DNA of 64,000 nt from Amphiscolops sp. MND2022 (lineage: Eukaryota), in assembly GCA_964187785.1 (NCBI GenBank), contig OZ076413.1:42100001-42164000 (forward strand). The letters run 5' to 3'. Below are positions 1-14,700 of this stretch, one piece after another. Below the pieces are notes generated by a model. It was not told the DNA's origin. It was given only the letters and a program-made list of their open reading frames with translations, and ran no database searches. A program made the translations under genes and the position numbers. Position 1 is the stretch's first letter. Every line of letters begins with the position of its first letter.

Positions 1-3000
1 CTCCTGTATTAACCCTTCCCCTGAAATCACATTCTTGGATGCAGTTTCGTTGATTATAATGCTCATATATGTAAAGTGTTCGCACTATATAGTGGGACTC
101 TCGGTTTAACTGTGAGCTCAAAAATTGAGAAATGTGAATTCACACGGGCAACCCGCTTGTGAAAAACCAACAGGAATGATTGGCGTGATATACAGATGTT
201 TCTTTTTCTCCAAAAATATTTTACTTCTCGAAAAATCAATCAAAAAACTGTCATTAGAAAGATAGTGAAAATAGATGACAGAACCAGAGATTGAAATAAA
301 AAAAACAAGAATGCATTTAAAAAGAAAGGTCTGAAAAGTTCGAATTTCGATTCAATATTTGGTCAAAAATGGACGCATTTTATACGTATTTTTCCGATCA
401 GCCTCTTTGAATGAACTTTATGAAAAAAAAACTGATTCAATTACAAAGCGTCAGCCACTTCATGAGCTATTGAAGTACTCCAAGATCATGAAAAATTCAA
501 AATGAAAATGTCTCAAATAGAACAAAAGGTTTCTGTCATTCAGATATTTTAGTTTATATTTTGAACTTCCTTCGGAAAAAATAAGGGTGAGATTGAGAAG
601 AAAAGAATCATCAATTATTCAATTTTCGAGGGAGCTGAATTTGAAGGAAAATAATAGTTGGAAGATTGTTGGCCGAACGAATGGTCAACCGATCATGAAC
701 CGCATCAGCGTGTATCCATAGAAGGCATCCATCTGTGATTTTTTTTTAAAAAAAAACTTGAAAGCAGTGTATCAAGAATGTTTTCAAAAGGAAATCATGC
801 AAAAAGCAACCAAAGCTAACTGTTTCAGAGATTGAGATTATCTTGCGTTAAAAAACGCTATGTATTATGCATATGAGAATCAAGAATCACCAATATTCAT
901 GAAAAGATTTCAAAAAATCATGCAAAAAGCAGCGATCATTATCGATTAATGAGGTAACTTCAATTGAGGACAATTTTAGAATCATTTTGAGGCGATACGC
1001 TCCAAGGAGAACTTCAAGAGCAAAACGGCGTGAAAATTGAAAAAAAAAGTTGAAGTTCAAGTTTAAAGATTTATGAATATAGCAAACTCCCATTTTCTTT
1101 TGTTTTTACAGAACAAATTAGGTCTGTAGATCTTTCGAAATATTTAGGATGACATTCCAGGCACGTATACGCTGTCACGGAATAATAATATTGAAAGAGG
1201 AAAAACATTCGACATCATTAATTATATCCGATTTTCCATCAGAATGTGTACAAGGAAAATAATTGCAAATTTGTCTTGAAAGAGTTTGACCGGATATCAT
1301 GCACTTACAAGGTGTACCAGATTAGGAAAAATAGTTTGATCAGAAACAAACAAATTGAAATACCAATGGGTAGTCACAAAATTTCTAGGAGCCTCGTTAC
1401 AGCTAGAATTCATTTTAGTTTTTAAGATTTGATTCTGCATTTTGCGTTGGTATTTGGTTACCTCTGCGTGTAAATTTCAAAGAAGAATCTTTCGACAATA
1501 CTGAAATACGACCCCAACACATGATTTGTAAGAGGCGCTGGACTTAGTGTCGACATATGCTGCGTGACTGACAACAGAAACGCTTCAAAGCGTACACTCG
1601 GGGTATCGCCAACCAGACACCGCGATCTACCTAGTGTAGCAGCGATCAACCAAGGTCACGTTTCTTTGGCAGTTCCCAGATTCTTTTATGCCTCTAATGG
1701 GGAGTGACGTAAAACTGCCAGTTGCAAAAAAGGACAAAAGAGCCGATTTTGGGAAGAAATGCCATTTTTGGACAGAAACATATTGTCATTCACTTGAATG
1801 ATGCATGTTGATATACATAGATCTAATTATTCTGTATATTCTCTCTGTAAATTGTAACGTAATAATGCATTATAACTCAATACATTAACTTAATTGGAAG
1901 AATAGCCAAAGAGAAGACTTCCGAGGTTCCTTTTGAAAAATACAAGGTCGAAAGGTTTCCACCAAAATTCATGATACTGGTATCCAAATTCAGAAAAACC
2001 ATTATGATCAACACGGGGTATCTGAGATATCTTGAAATATCTCCAACGAATCAACCTGAAACGCAATGAATTATCTGATTGTTTCCCGAAAGCTTCTTTA
2101 GTTTGTATGATAAGAAAGACAATTCAGTTCTAATAAGGTTTAATTAATGCAGATAATGTACTTCCAATTACTCATTGCTGAACTGATTCGAACGTTTTCT
2201 CCCGTTTTCAAATGGAATATTTTGTCTTGTCTCAAAAACGCTCATTTTATAATCAATACATGGGAGAAAAAATTGGACAATAAAAAAGCAAGTTAGAAGG
2301 ACATTATAGGGACAATTTTAAGTATACGTTGGAGAAAAGGGCTCTCCTAAATTTCTCAATACTAAAAATTCAATGTCATTACTGCTTTGAACTTGAAATG
2401 AAAAGCTTATCAACTTTCAAAATTTTTGTTTTTATCAGCTCTGAAAACAGCAAAAGAAAGGGCCCGTCAGAAACGAGTTAAACTTTTACTGCGAACAAAG
2501 GCAAGAAGCTCTAAAGAAATGGAAAAAAGTTCAAGGCTTTTTAGAACCAACTACTTCTAAAGCATTGCTTCCGATAACTTCCTTTGGACTATTTTTGAAG
2601 CCATTGATCGTGCTGATATTCACTAATGCTCAGATATTATTAAAACAGCAACCAATTCCAAGAATTACCCTCAAAGTCTTGGTCAAAATTTGACATTTGC
2701 TGAAAGTATTCCAAATCTAAAAAACAGAAGTAATGAAATCGGGAAAGTAATACTGATCACAATCAGCTTATAGCGGCATCCTACGTCTCTTTCTGATTGA
2801 AATTTTCATGGGAAATACAGATCTCCCAATAAAGAGAGTTGAACGCCTCTGATTAGAAAATAGAAAATTTGCGGCAGAACAATTTCCAATTAGAGGAAGA
2901 AAAGAAAGACAATTAATCGTTTCCTAATTAAGGGATACCCCACGAAGAGACCATGCAGAGAAAGCAGCGCCTTGCAACAAAGGTTTCTAGGTCATGTCGT

Positions 3001-3121
3001 TGCAGGAAGTACATAGGTCAATTTGTTCAGAACATTTCAGCCCACTTTTGCGGAAATGATTCTTTCTTGGTATGAATATGGATTTTCTAGAGACCATATA
3101 TGAAGATCCCATATCATATTA

Positions 3122-3315
3122 AAAATTACATGCAGCTCGGAAACAAAAAAATATTTTTCGCGATAAACTTCCAAGACGCAAATTGTTCGTGTTCGGTGGA
3201 AAACTTGATCAAATAAATGATTTATTTGATCAAGTTTTCCACCGAACACGAACAATTTGCGTCTTGGAAGTTTATCGCGAAAAATATTTTTTGTTTCCGA
3301 GCTGCATGTAATTTT
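3122..3315. repeat. Near-perfect ~194-bp palindrome (foldback), centre ~3219
   Basis: aaaattacatgcagctcggaaac...gatcaaataaat-g-atttatttgatc...gtttccgagctgcatgtaatttt. The arms are reverse complements with only a small indel in an A/T run. Confidence 0.95.
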
Positions 3316-4825
3316 GAAATGGAGGATCTTTGCGTTTATGAAGCAAGGTTTCTGAAAAAGACCGTTTCGCAGAATTGTTAAGTTCGCATTTTTATTAGGA
3401 AAAACAAATTTTCTCAAGTCTTGATTGTGCACTTATAATTAAATGATAAGCAGATTCCTGGCAGAGGAAAAAATCCTTCTTTAAAGCGAGAAAATGAAAT
3501 TATCTATTCAAATTTTCAAATTTAATAATTATCTTCTTACAGAAATGCGCAACCAAAGGTAAAGTTCCAACCAAACATTTTTCCGGTACACGGCATTCTA
3601 TCCTAATCAACGCCAAATCTGAAACCCCTTGAACGTTTCATTGATGCTCATCGGGTTTAAATTTGAGCTTTTTGGGACAAAAATCAAAGCAATAATAAGA
3701 AAATTTTCACTTTCCAGAAAGTCAACGATACATTGTCATTCAAATGAAACCAAAACAGCAGTGTTCAGGCTTTGAAGTCTGTACGAGAAATGGCACATTC
3801 TTTGATTAGAATCAGAACAAAGAATTGTAGTGGCGGATTTACTCGGGTTAATATGGGGACTGAATTGTATGTAACAACGAGATTTATCAGAAAATAATAT
3901 AAATATCTGCTCTTATTAACTCTGTCCGGTCACCATCACACATGTACTTCTATGCCTTATAAACTGGTTATGAGATGGTGGTATAGGTCTACCATGGTGT
4001 ATTTGAACGTATCCCTACGTCGTATGTAAAGTAAATTTAGTTTACAAATATTGACTAACAGTATGAACTAACTATAACTAGCATGATTGAATCGGACCAG
4101 CGAGAACTGTTGAAACCTGTTTGTGTGCATCGTAATCTCTATTAATTATTCGTCATTTTACTAACACTTAATTAGAATTATGAACAGAGATTGGGAACAC
4201 GTCAAAAAATTAACCCTTCAACGTGAGTTTTTCATCACTCAATTTTTCCCTTCATTTCCAGTTTTCATTTTTACCGATCTAAAATTTGATATTCAGATTG
4301 AATAAGAGTCAATGATTGATGAACGAAAATTGCGAAGGAGAAGAGTGATCTATATTTGTCAACAAACGCATAATGTGTTACTAGGCAAGCGGAAATTTCC
4401 ATTCTGTAGTTGTCTATTTTTCATGGAGAGTGTTGCATAATTAAAAACAACTTTGGTTAAGCAACGTCAAGGAAGAATTTTGAATTTAGTGAAGCCACGC
4501 AGAACCATTTTTTGCACTTTTGTGAGCATTAAATTGGACATGTCAGAATAAATTATGAACAAGTTTGTTGAAACATCCAACAAGCTGAAAAAGAACGAGT
4601 ATTTCCGGATTTGAAATTACAAGACTTTCATAAAATCTTATACATGGAAACAAAGATCGGCACAAGTTCATGCATGGAACCATATCGATGGAACCATTAA
4701 TGCAACCATCTGATTGGTATGGGACCATATGGTTCAATATGTATGAAATCATATGAAACTCATTTATTTGGAACTCAGTAGAGCGCTGGAATTTTTGAAT
4801 TAAAATGTAAATTATCAAGATTTAA

Positions 4826-5358
4826 CCCTAAATGGACCAGGAAATTTCCGGATCCATCCAAAAGCCTGGTGCTTAAACTTCGAACTTTATAAACTATTCA
4901 AGCCCGACAAATGATTTATAGCGCGTTCGAAAGAAAAGAATCAGGGCTTTCAAATTGATCTTTGAACTCCTGGAATCGAAGTCCTCTACTGGCGCGTGGC
5001 TTCGCCACACTGGTTCCGGACGTTGCGCCAAAACTTTGCACGCTTCGTGTCTTTCACGGTATTTCAGCATGTTTAAAACATGCTAGGTGAACTTTGACCC
5101 AATCTTGATACCAGTGGGATAAGGTGGACACAAACGAAAACTTGAAAACCGGAAAATCTGCGCTCATTTGTTATTTTTTTAGTGCCGTTTCTTGATTTTG
5201 GAGGCATCATGTCAATATTCCGTGAAAAGGCGTGCAATGCTATGTTATATCGTCTGAAAATCTTATTCAAGAGTTTTCTTTACCATATGGTCAGCTGGTT
5301 CTTTTAGAAGTTTGCAGAAACTAATTGGTAATAAATCGTACCAATGGTCCATTTAGGG
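4826..5358. mobile_element. piggyBac-like MITE
   Basis: 14-bp TIRs ccctaaatggacca ... tggtccatttaggg. Left flank is TTAA; right flank is ATAT (degenerate). No coding capacity. Confidence 0.55.
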
Positions 5359-5446
5359 ATATAAATCTGAGACATTTAGTGACAGAGCAGAACAGTCAAG
5401 AGGGATACTCAACAAAACTTTTGAATCAGTGAGCAGTAACAAAACA

Positions 5447-6600
5447 ACAAGACGGGAACGTCTCAAATCGGCGCTATATCTAAGGCTCAAAAAGCGCAGT
5501 TTTCAAAATATACGTAGGACGTTTTCGTGCAAACTCCTGTTTTCAAACCTCCGCCTTAATAAAACGTAATATAGTTCGGATATAACGTCAAAAGTTCGTA
5601 TATACCGCTTTACCCCGGATACTACGAGGGGGACTTCAATAAAATCGAAGAGGGGCCCTTTGGAGACAAAAAAATCGGAAAAAGTCACAGTGTGTCGAAA
5701 AAAAAATTGGAAGGGGCCCTTCAGTCTCGTCTGGTTTTGGTATGCTACGTTTAAAAAGTGAAAAATGATAGGGGGACCCTTTGCACGAACTTAGATGCGT
5801 TTCCCAGGTATTCGTTTAGTTGAACAAACTGAACAAAAATTACGTCGCATTCGAGACAGCCTCAAAGAAACACAAAACAAGCCGAGAACGGCCAAAGCCG
5901 GCGCTATATCTAAGGCTCAAAAGTGCAACATTTTCAAAATATGCTCATGACGTTTTTTTATGGAAAACTCACAAAAAATTTCACCCAAAGGAAGCCTTCC
6001 GTGCTGGGAAAACGCTTCAGAAGTTCGGATATAGCGGCTGGGACAAATGCGAGCACTTGTTTTCGAACCTCCGCCTCCTCCACAGTGAAACGGAATATAC
6101 TTCGGAAATAACGTCAAAATTTTGGACATAGCGCTTTATTCCGGATATTACGTTCAAATTTCGGATAGTATTGAAAAAAAATATTGGTGGATATGTATTG
6201 AGAAAACCTAATGTCAGATGAAAAATGACAATTTTGAACAGTCTCATAGTGCCGAAAAATCTGAAAGGGGGGACCCTTTGGGATTTTTAAACATCTAATA
6301 TGTTCCAAAATATCAAAAAATTGAAGAGGGGAACCCTTTGGTACAATCAAAAAGTTTTCGAAAAAAGTCTCATAGTGCCGAAAAAAATCCAACTTAAAAA
6401 CACCCAGATAGCCAAATTGGGGATCCTTAGTTGTTTTCAAGGTTCTGGACGTCGGTTTTATAATTTTGGATGAGGTTCTAAGGTTTGCGGTATGTTTTGA
6501 TCAAACTGAACAAATGAACAAAAAAGTGGACCTTACGCGAATAAAAAAAACTACCCACTGTAAGAGTCGGGCACATTTTCTACTAAAATGCGCCGACTAA
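5447..6600. mobile_element. Helentron/HINE-like non-autonomous element, family A (two adjacent or nested copies)
   Basis: Starts ACAAGACGGGAACGTCT (hairpin) followed by tcggcgc; a second start is at ~5877. Internal gggggaccctttgg / aaagtctcatagtgccg repeats. Ends agtcgggc...gcgccgactaa. Confidence 0.6.
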
Positions 6601-8785
6601 ATAGAGAAAAAAACGAGTGATTAACAGTCGAGCTCTTTTATTCTTAAAAGGCCGACTAAAAACAAAATACACTTAGGCGGGATTCGAACAACTGACTGCC
6701 CTCTTGATATTCGTAACAAAACAAACATTTCAAACGATGTATACTTTTCACAACGACAAAACAACGGAAATATCTTCGGTCGGTAGCACAAATTCGTTCA
6801 ACCCTGTAATTTCACACAGTTGACTTCTTTCTTCGATACTGGTCTAATTCGAAATTAAACTATGTCCAAATTGATTTGAAATGAGCTTATTTTCGCGGTT
6901 TTTATTTTCTTTTGAGTCGAAAATATATACTTGGTCGAAAATAGCAAAAAATTATTTTGATTTTAAAGATCGTTTCCCACCGAATTCCACCATGCAATCC
7001 TTCTAAAGCGTCATCAAAAACATATCGGAGCCATTCCTTTCAGCCAGCAGGTAATTTTGGCTAGAGTAAGTTCAGTGCTTGTTTCTCAATTTCCTTCGCG
7101 TCTGAAGATAATGACTGACATTGAAAACAGGGGAAATGACAAGTCTTTAGAAACTAAAGATTTTGCAAAGAAGAAGCGGCAAAATTGGGACAAATGAAAA
7201 CCATCAAAATGAATTGGCCATTTCTAGGCTGCAATTAGAAAGAGGATAAGCCGTTGACGTCATATATGAAAACATTCGAAGTGAACTCGTAAAAAATTGA
7301 ACTGATTGTGCGGTCCTTCTGATTCTTAATTTCTACGGATGGATGAATATTTATTCACATTTTCATACTTTTCGTTCCAGCACAAAAAAAATGAAGTTAC
7401 ACCCATAAAATTGTTTGCAGAAACATATAAGGGCATTGTTTCTGATCTCAAACGAATGGTCGAATATTGTTTCATGGAATAATCGAAGATTTCAAAAACC
7501 ATTTTATACTTCCAAATGATTAATATGCACACTCCTTTGTTTATTGCGGCTTCTATTTTGCTAATGGAGGTTGAAACGATTCGTTAAAAAAGCAAACAGA
7601 CTAAAAATATTTCCAACTTTGCTTTGAACTTGCGAAATCAGAGCCGACATTCTCGAATGACAAGCTTTTGTTCGTACAACAATGAAAAAATGATTGACAT
7701 TTGTAGGGAAAAACTTGGTTCTTTTAAAGACAAAAACGTTTTTCAGGGTTTCAACGTTTTCTAAGAACCGGAAAAAAAGAACCAAAATCAAAGAAATGGA
7801 CAAAAAAGAGACCATTCAAAAGCAACATGTGAAAACATAAAGGTAAACTTTTTCTTACCTTTTCAACAGACTTGACTTTTGTGAATGTAGTCAGCCAATT
7901 TTTGCGTCCGACTGTTCAAGTAGTTTCCGTCTACTTGAAAACAATGCTTATACTGACAACCATTTTAAAGCTGAAAATATGTCAAAAATATGATTGTTGG
8001 GAAACACACATTTTTGAAGGTTTAATAACAGCAGACAGCAAAAAAATTAAAAGCTATAACCTTGCACCGTCGTATGAAAGTTGAAATATTGAAGGCTTCG
8101 TCGAAAAAAATGCATGTGTAATTTACATGATGTCTATTCAAAGCTTGGAGTCCGATGGAAATGAACAATTCTAATGCGTTTTCTGAAACAATTTTTGTCC
8201 TTTATTTTCAAGAAAATAATCTAACGACTGATTTTCAAAGAACCATCGGAAAGAACAAAATAGTTTGGAGAAAAACAGTTTTGCAGAAATTTCATGCAAA
8301 AAATTGTAAAACCGTCAACGGCTCGTTGTTTTACAAACAAAACAAGAAAATCAGAAATGTTACAAAGTTCTCACATAAGACTACACAAATGAGTGAGAAC
8401 CAAGACACCAAATGGGGGTTATTCTCAAATGATTAAGTTCCGATTTTATGCATGATTACTCTATACATTTAACACAGATCAATTGGAGACAATTTTACAA
8501 GCCATATTCGATTTTTATACAAAGACCTAAGAACTTTTTCCAGACTAAAAATGAGAAAAACCCAAATGGGGACCCTTTGGTCGAATATAGCTTTCTAACT
8601 CCAGTAAAAAGGTAACATTTTCAAAGAAGCGCATTAGGATTTTTTGGGTACCCTTCAGACTTTAGTCTGAAAGTTTGTGGTAAAAGAACCATTCAGATAA
8701 CATTCTGCGGTCTGACGAAAAAAAAACGAAAGAAAAAATATATAGCAGCTGTGAAACGCACAAAAAACAAGCGAAAGGGGCAAAA

Positions 8786-11700
8786 ATGAAAGACTTACGA
8801 CCATCAGTTTTTTTTTCAGTGTTCCTAATAGTCGCAATCACAACTAGAACAAGTTTGGCTTCCACTTGTGTACACGAGGAAGACTTCGACAAATGTGGCA
8901 ACTACAAAAAACCCTACCCCTGCAAACTGGTCATCCACAGAGAAGGAGATGTACCCCTTGGAATCAGGTGACTCATCCAAACATCTCCCTCTCCCATATA
9001 TTAAATATGGTTACAGGCAAAAGAAACTAACAAGGGAAAAGTCCCAAAAAGCCCGAAAAATTATTTTCATATCAGCCACATATTTTATGTAGGTTGAATG
9101 ACTCGGTCTTACGCCTTACGAGTCGAGGCACTGGCTGTCCCTCCAGGTCGATATTCGTCAAAACCAGTTGCTGGAGTAGTGATGAAACCAGTGAATTGAC
9201 GGCGGTTAATGTAACATATCGGAATACACGAATTTTCTGGATTACCAATGAACTTGGAAAAGATTAAAATTGTGCTTTCTGAATGAACTGAATCAATTTT
9301 CAAAAACTTTATTTTTAACAGTCGGTACCGTACGCGAAAAAAAGGAAAATACACAAAAAAAAAATACAATACACGATTCTCAGTACACGAGTCAATTCAC
9401 TGGATGACACGTTGTTTTGCTTCTACATTTAGGGCTCAAGTGGCATGTCACCATAGATGACTACGTTCAATCGACCGATAACAGCTCAATTTGGTTACTT
9501 ATGAGAGCTCAATTGGAGGCAAATAATAAATTCAAATTGGGAATTTGGAGCTCGAACAGTTTTATTCACAAAGTTTTTTAAATATCGTGAAATATCAATC
9601 CAAGGTAATATTTTAATGCATATTTCCTGGGTGTGGAACAATAGCGACGATAAAATTGGCGACCCGCGATTGTTACTTCGTTTTAAGGCAGTAAAACTAA
9701 ACCAAGTTGATAGTGAAACGTATCTGAAAACAAATAATCTACGAAGCAGATGAGTTCAGATAAAAACAATTCAATTGCACAGAAAAGTACAGTACTGTGA
9801 ATAAGTAATCATTCTATGCTCGATTCTATGCGCCATTCTAGGCTCGACTTTTTCAAAATTGGTTGGAAATTTTACAAAAGATAAGAACTAAAAGTTTATT
9901 AGAATTTCGTCTAGTTTACAATAGTATTTTTAAATTGGGGAAAAATGTGGAAGTTACAGATAGAGTTTATTTATACCAAAGGTTCCAAAGAAGCAAAAAA
10001 GTATGACGAGGGCAAGATTCGAACCCACGATCGAGTGCCAGTCAATGGGTCTACCAATTGGCGCTGCAAACATTTAAAAAATCAGGCCTGCGTATGGCGA
10101 ATATCAATTAATATGGCGGAAAAATTGCCCGGTTTTAACACCTTTCTCGTTTAGATGTGACGACAAGATATGTTTTGATCTGCTCTCGTCCAAATCACTG
10201 CACGAGGAAACCAAGGAGTGTTTCTCTCAGATCGCAGTGGCCAATCTGAGCTACTGTTCACAATGTTTTGCCCAGAAGAAAATGGCGCCTCTGGAGCCGG
10301 TTACCATGACCAGGGAGGAATATCTGGATCACAGCATTTTGGATCTCTCAGGAAACGGCATTGATGGTTAGTCCAGACCCCTTTCGATTACAGCATAAAA
10401 ACATACAAATTAGAGGAAATAGGCCGAGAACAACAAAAAGTGGGCGCTCATACGGTTGGTAAAAGCAATTTAAAACAGCAACAGCCATATCGCCCCCATG
10501 TCAGTTTTCATCGCATGGTGTCTGTCTTAAATATGGAAAAGGTGACTGTTATCTTCGGGCGTTTTTACTCAACATGGTGTTTCAGAATTGAAGACTTCCT
10601 TTTTCTTAAACAAGCCGGGACCGGCCCAAGTCGGCGCCATGTCCAAGGCTCAAAAATAGCAAAAGGACTTCCAAGTGTCAATTTACAGTACTCGAAAATA
10701 GAAAAACCAAAAAAATGGACCGAGTGGCACGCTAAAAGGGGGGGGGGCACTTCTGAAATTGTCAACATTTTTGTCGCAGTTGAAGGGGGGGCCCTTTGGC
10801 GAAAAAACAAATTATCGAAAAAAAAGTCTCACAATGCCGAAAAACAGAAAGGGGGGACCCTTCGGGATTTTTAAACACCCATTCTCTTGTAAAATATCAA
10901 AGAAATTGAAATGGGGACCCTTTGGAGAGAAAAAAATTTTAAAAAAAGTCTCACAATGCCGAAAAACTGAAAGAGGGGACCCATTGGGATTTTTCAACAT
11001 CCATTCTGTCGCAAAACAGCAAAAAAATTGAAGGGGGACCCTTTGGGGAACAAATTTTTTTTCCAAAAAAAGTCTCGCAGTGCCGAAAAAAATTGAAAGG
11101 GGGGACCCTTTGGTCTCGCCCGGTATGGTATGTTACGCGGGAAAACAGGAAAAACCTTTTTGGTTCAGTTCGCTAGGCCAATTGGTGCAATTTGGTGCAA
11201 TAATGTTTTGTAGAACTTTTACGAACTATTTTGGTCAGTTCGTGTGGATTGAAAAAAAAGAAAAAAAAGAGTCACTATAATAGTCGCGTTTCACTTCATG
11301 AAGCGCCGACTAAAAAGCGACGAGTTCCGGAGACTACTTTGGCGATTAGAAAAGTCTATGCCATGGGTCGATTCATCAAAAAATCTTACGACTAGGTAAA
11401 TAACGAAAGAAAATGATAGAAATGAACTCAACGCATCATCGGATGCGAGAAACTGTCGGCGAAAAAACGGACCCTTTGGTCTCATGAAATTGTGAAAACA
11501 TCAAAATAAGTCTTTGGATTCTTTGCAGATAAATGGCGGAAGTTGGTAAAACTCGGTTCGGAAAGCATGAGATCCGTGGTCGGAAGAAACAACTAGCCAA
11601 TGCAAACACCGTACAAATGCAGCTCATAAAATGAATAAAGTTTACGATGACTTTTCAAAGCTGAAATTTGATGACTGAAAGTTGAAAGTGATGTTTGATG

Positions 11701-14700
11701 TGCATAGATCAATACGTGGAAGACTACAACTTGTTGACCGGTCCCATAGACAACATCAATGTATTGTACATGAGTAAAAACAAGCTGACCAAGATCCCCA
11801 TAGACAAGATCTCGCAGAGCGTGCACATGAGAGAAATCTGGCTGGATTCCAACGAGATCTCGGATCTCAATTTCACAGAGGACACGCCCATTATGGAGGA
11901 GTGCGAGTTTATAAATTTGAGGTTAGTTTTTCTACAGGATTTTTCCCACAGTCGGAATTTAGAAAATACCCAACTGAAGGTTTCCAGTGTTGTCAGTTTG
12001 TTTATTTTCAAGTTGAAGCAATCTATAGCAACCTATAGAATATACGAATTTACAATCCATCAGTACGGTATATGAAGTTAATCGACAAAACAATAATTTG
12101 ATAATTTTTACGTTTTTACTTGAATTACAAAGCAACATTTTTCTTTTTTTTGATGCGTCAACTTTGATGGAACAAGCCTTTGTAGAATCTAAAGGATCGC
12201 ATTTTTGAATATTTATTGGCATTGTGAGATATTTCACAAAGAAGCGTCCAATAACAAAACTAAAAATCGCTGCTCTTTCTGTGTCTTAAACCAGGTGTTT
12301 CAGAAATTTCCTTTTTGGTTTTCTTGATAGATGTTTTCTGTAATAGGAACAATAAATATGCAGACGAGAATGACGCCTGGAAACAATTACGATTCTGGCC
12401 CAAAGTCTTGCCAAATTTGCAAATACTGGATCTCGGATCCAACGATCCAAAAACGGTTACATTTTCATCACTTTCTAGATCAGACGTTTCGCATGTTTAT
12501 GATTTGTTCATGTTTATCCTTTCATTTCATCTAATAAAAAAAACAAATTTCCAAAAATGACAAAAAGTATCGATGTAGAGTTGAACTTGCGACACGATGT
12601 GTTGCCTCTGAATTGAATTGATCTGTATTTTGTTTAGATTTTAGAACTGGTGAAAAATTTCATCTGGGATTTCTACCCAACGCTTTCAAGGTTCTCCAAA
12701 TTGGAACGACTCTACGTGCCAGAATCGCAAATCGATTGTTAGTTCTCGCTGTTACAGAAGTTTGATTGCCTTCGAGTAGATTAAGGATTAAGACCCATTT
12801 TTGTCAAATTGTAACCAGTGCTTCGATTCTTTTTAATCAGCAAAGTTCTGATTTTAGCAGCTAATACTTTTTACGACCAACTAGCTCGAAAATTCGGCTA
12901 GTAGAAAGATACACTCAACATTTTGTCATTACAGTATATGTTATAGCCTCTATTCATTACAATGCTCCTTATTTCTAGTACTGCTTTCTTTTCTTTCGCT
13001 ACCAATTGAAAATTATTCGTTATGAAAATTATAACATACAGCCCATGTAAGACCAAAAATTCCCAAAAGTCTTTCGGAAGTTTGACTTTTTTCGCGAAAG
13101 AAACAAAAAACTTTCTTGATAGTTCCAAAACCATTGGGAAGACAAAATCCAAATATTCCCGAGCTTTGGACGGGCGCCAACCAGAGATGGTTACCCTTGA
13201 TGTGCTTCACAAAAACAAAAGTAGCAAAAATTGGGTTTTTTTCTGAAAAATACTGTTCGAGCAACAAGTGAAAATAATGAAATTTGTTTTGACTTCGCTG
13301 AATAGTCTCGGGCAACTTATTGAATAGTTGTGCAAGGATGTGTTTCAGGCACTTGCCCAATGGTGGCGGCCTTTGCTCGATACATGAAGAAGGAATTCAA
13401 GATATGCAGCTCTACTTTGAAAGAGTACCCCCACATGGATGTGTTGAAAGACCACAGTGTGAACACGGCCGAGTTTCTGGACAGGAACAGACTCAACAGA
13501 TACCTCAGTTACTATCAGTGAGTTCCACGGATGTAATCAATGTCACAGGAATGATAAATACACCATGGTATTTCTTGAAACTGGGCTTTTTAAATGCGGG
13601 TTTATTGACGAATAAAATGGCATTCGGGACTTAAAAACGCATTGACTAAAAGCGCGGTTCCCAAATCCGGGTTCCACTGCAAATATGATTTTTAAGCATA
13701 TAGTTTAAATCTAAGATTAACATCTAACCGAACCAGAGCCGCATGTGCGGTAGAGGAGTCGGCTTAGGTATTTTTTTCTGAAGTCGAAAAATGGCCCTTT
13801 TTTTACCATTTTTGGGCTAATTTTGGCTGTTTCTCACATCCCAGCCATACGATTTTGATGCCATTGCACATATAGGACTCTAATATGGTGTAGAATATTT
13901 GTAGAAAATTTCGTTCGAATCGTATGGACAGTTTTTGAGAAAATTGAAAAAAGTCGAAAAATGGCTGTTTTTTGGCCATTTTTGGGCTAATTTTGGCTAT
14001 GTTTCTCACATCCCAGCCATACGATTTTGATGCCATTGCACATATAGGACTCTAATTTGGTGTAGAATATCTGTAGAAAATTTCGTTCGAATCGTATGGA
14101 CAGTTTTTGAGAAAATCGAAAAAAGTCGAAAAATGGCTGTTTTTTGGCCATTTTTGGGCTAATTTTGGCTATGTTTCTCACATCCCAGCCATACGATTTT
14201 GATGCCATTGCACATATAGGACTCTAATATGGTGTAGAACAACTGTAAAAAATTTCGTTCGAATCGTATGGACAGTTTTTGAGAAAATCGAAAAAAGTCG
14301 AAAAATGGCTGTTTTTTGGCCATTTTTGGGCTAATTTTGGCTATGTTTCTCACATCCCAGCCATACGATTTTGATGCCTTTGCACACGCAGGGGCCCCTT
14401 TGGGTGTAAAATGACTGTGCAAAATTTCGTGAAAATCGTATGGACAGTTTTTGAGAAATTTGAAATTTTCATGAAAAGGTCGGGAGAAAAAAAAAAAACA
14501 ACACGATTGCATAAGTAGTCGAAAATTTTTTCCGACTCCTAAAAAAAAACAACACGATTGCATAAGTAGTCGAAAATTTTTTCCGACTCCTAAAAATTAA
14601 CATCTCAACCGGGTTTTTGAATAATAAATTTCCTAAACTCTGAATTATAGTAAAAAAATTAATCTCCTTCCACAGAAAAACTACCGAAGTTGAGAAAAAA

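Noticed and set aside
10440..11280. ORFs inside gggggaccctttgg repeats (also 5820-6440, 15494-15824, 18063-18765, 20855-21248, 38837-39480)
   Set aside because: Lys/Phe-rich translations of a non-coding interspersed repeat; frames are not conserved between copies.
13803..14563. Three similar ORFs suggesting a tandem gene cluster
   Set aside because: Produced by the 172-bp tandem repeat, whose unit length is not a multiple of 3.
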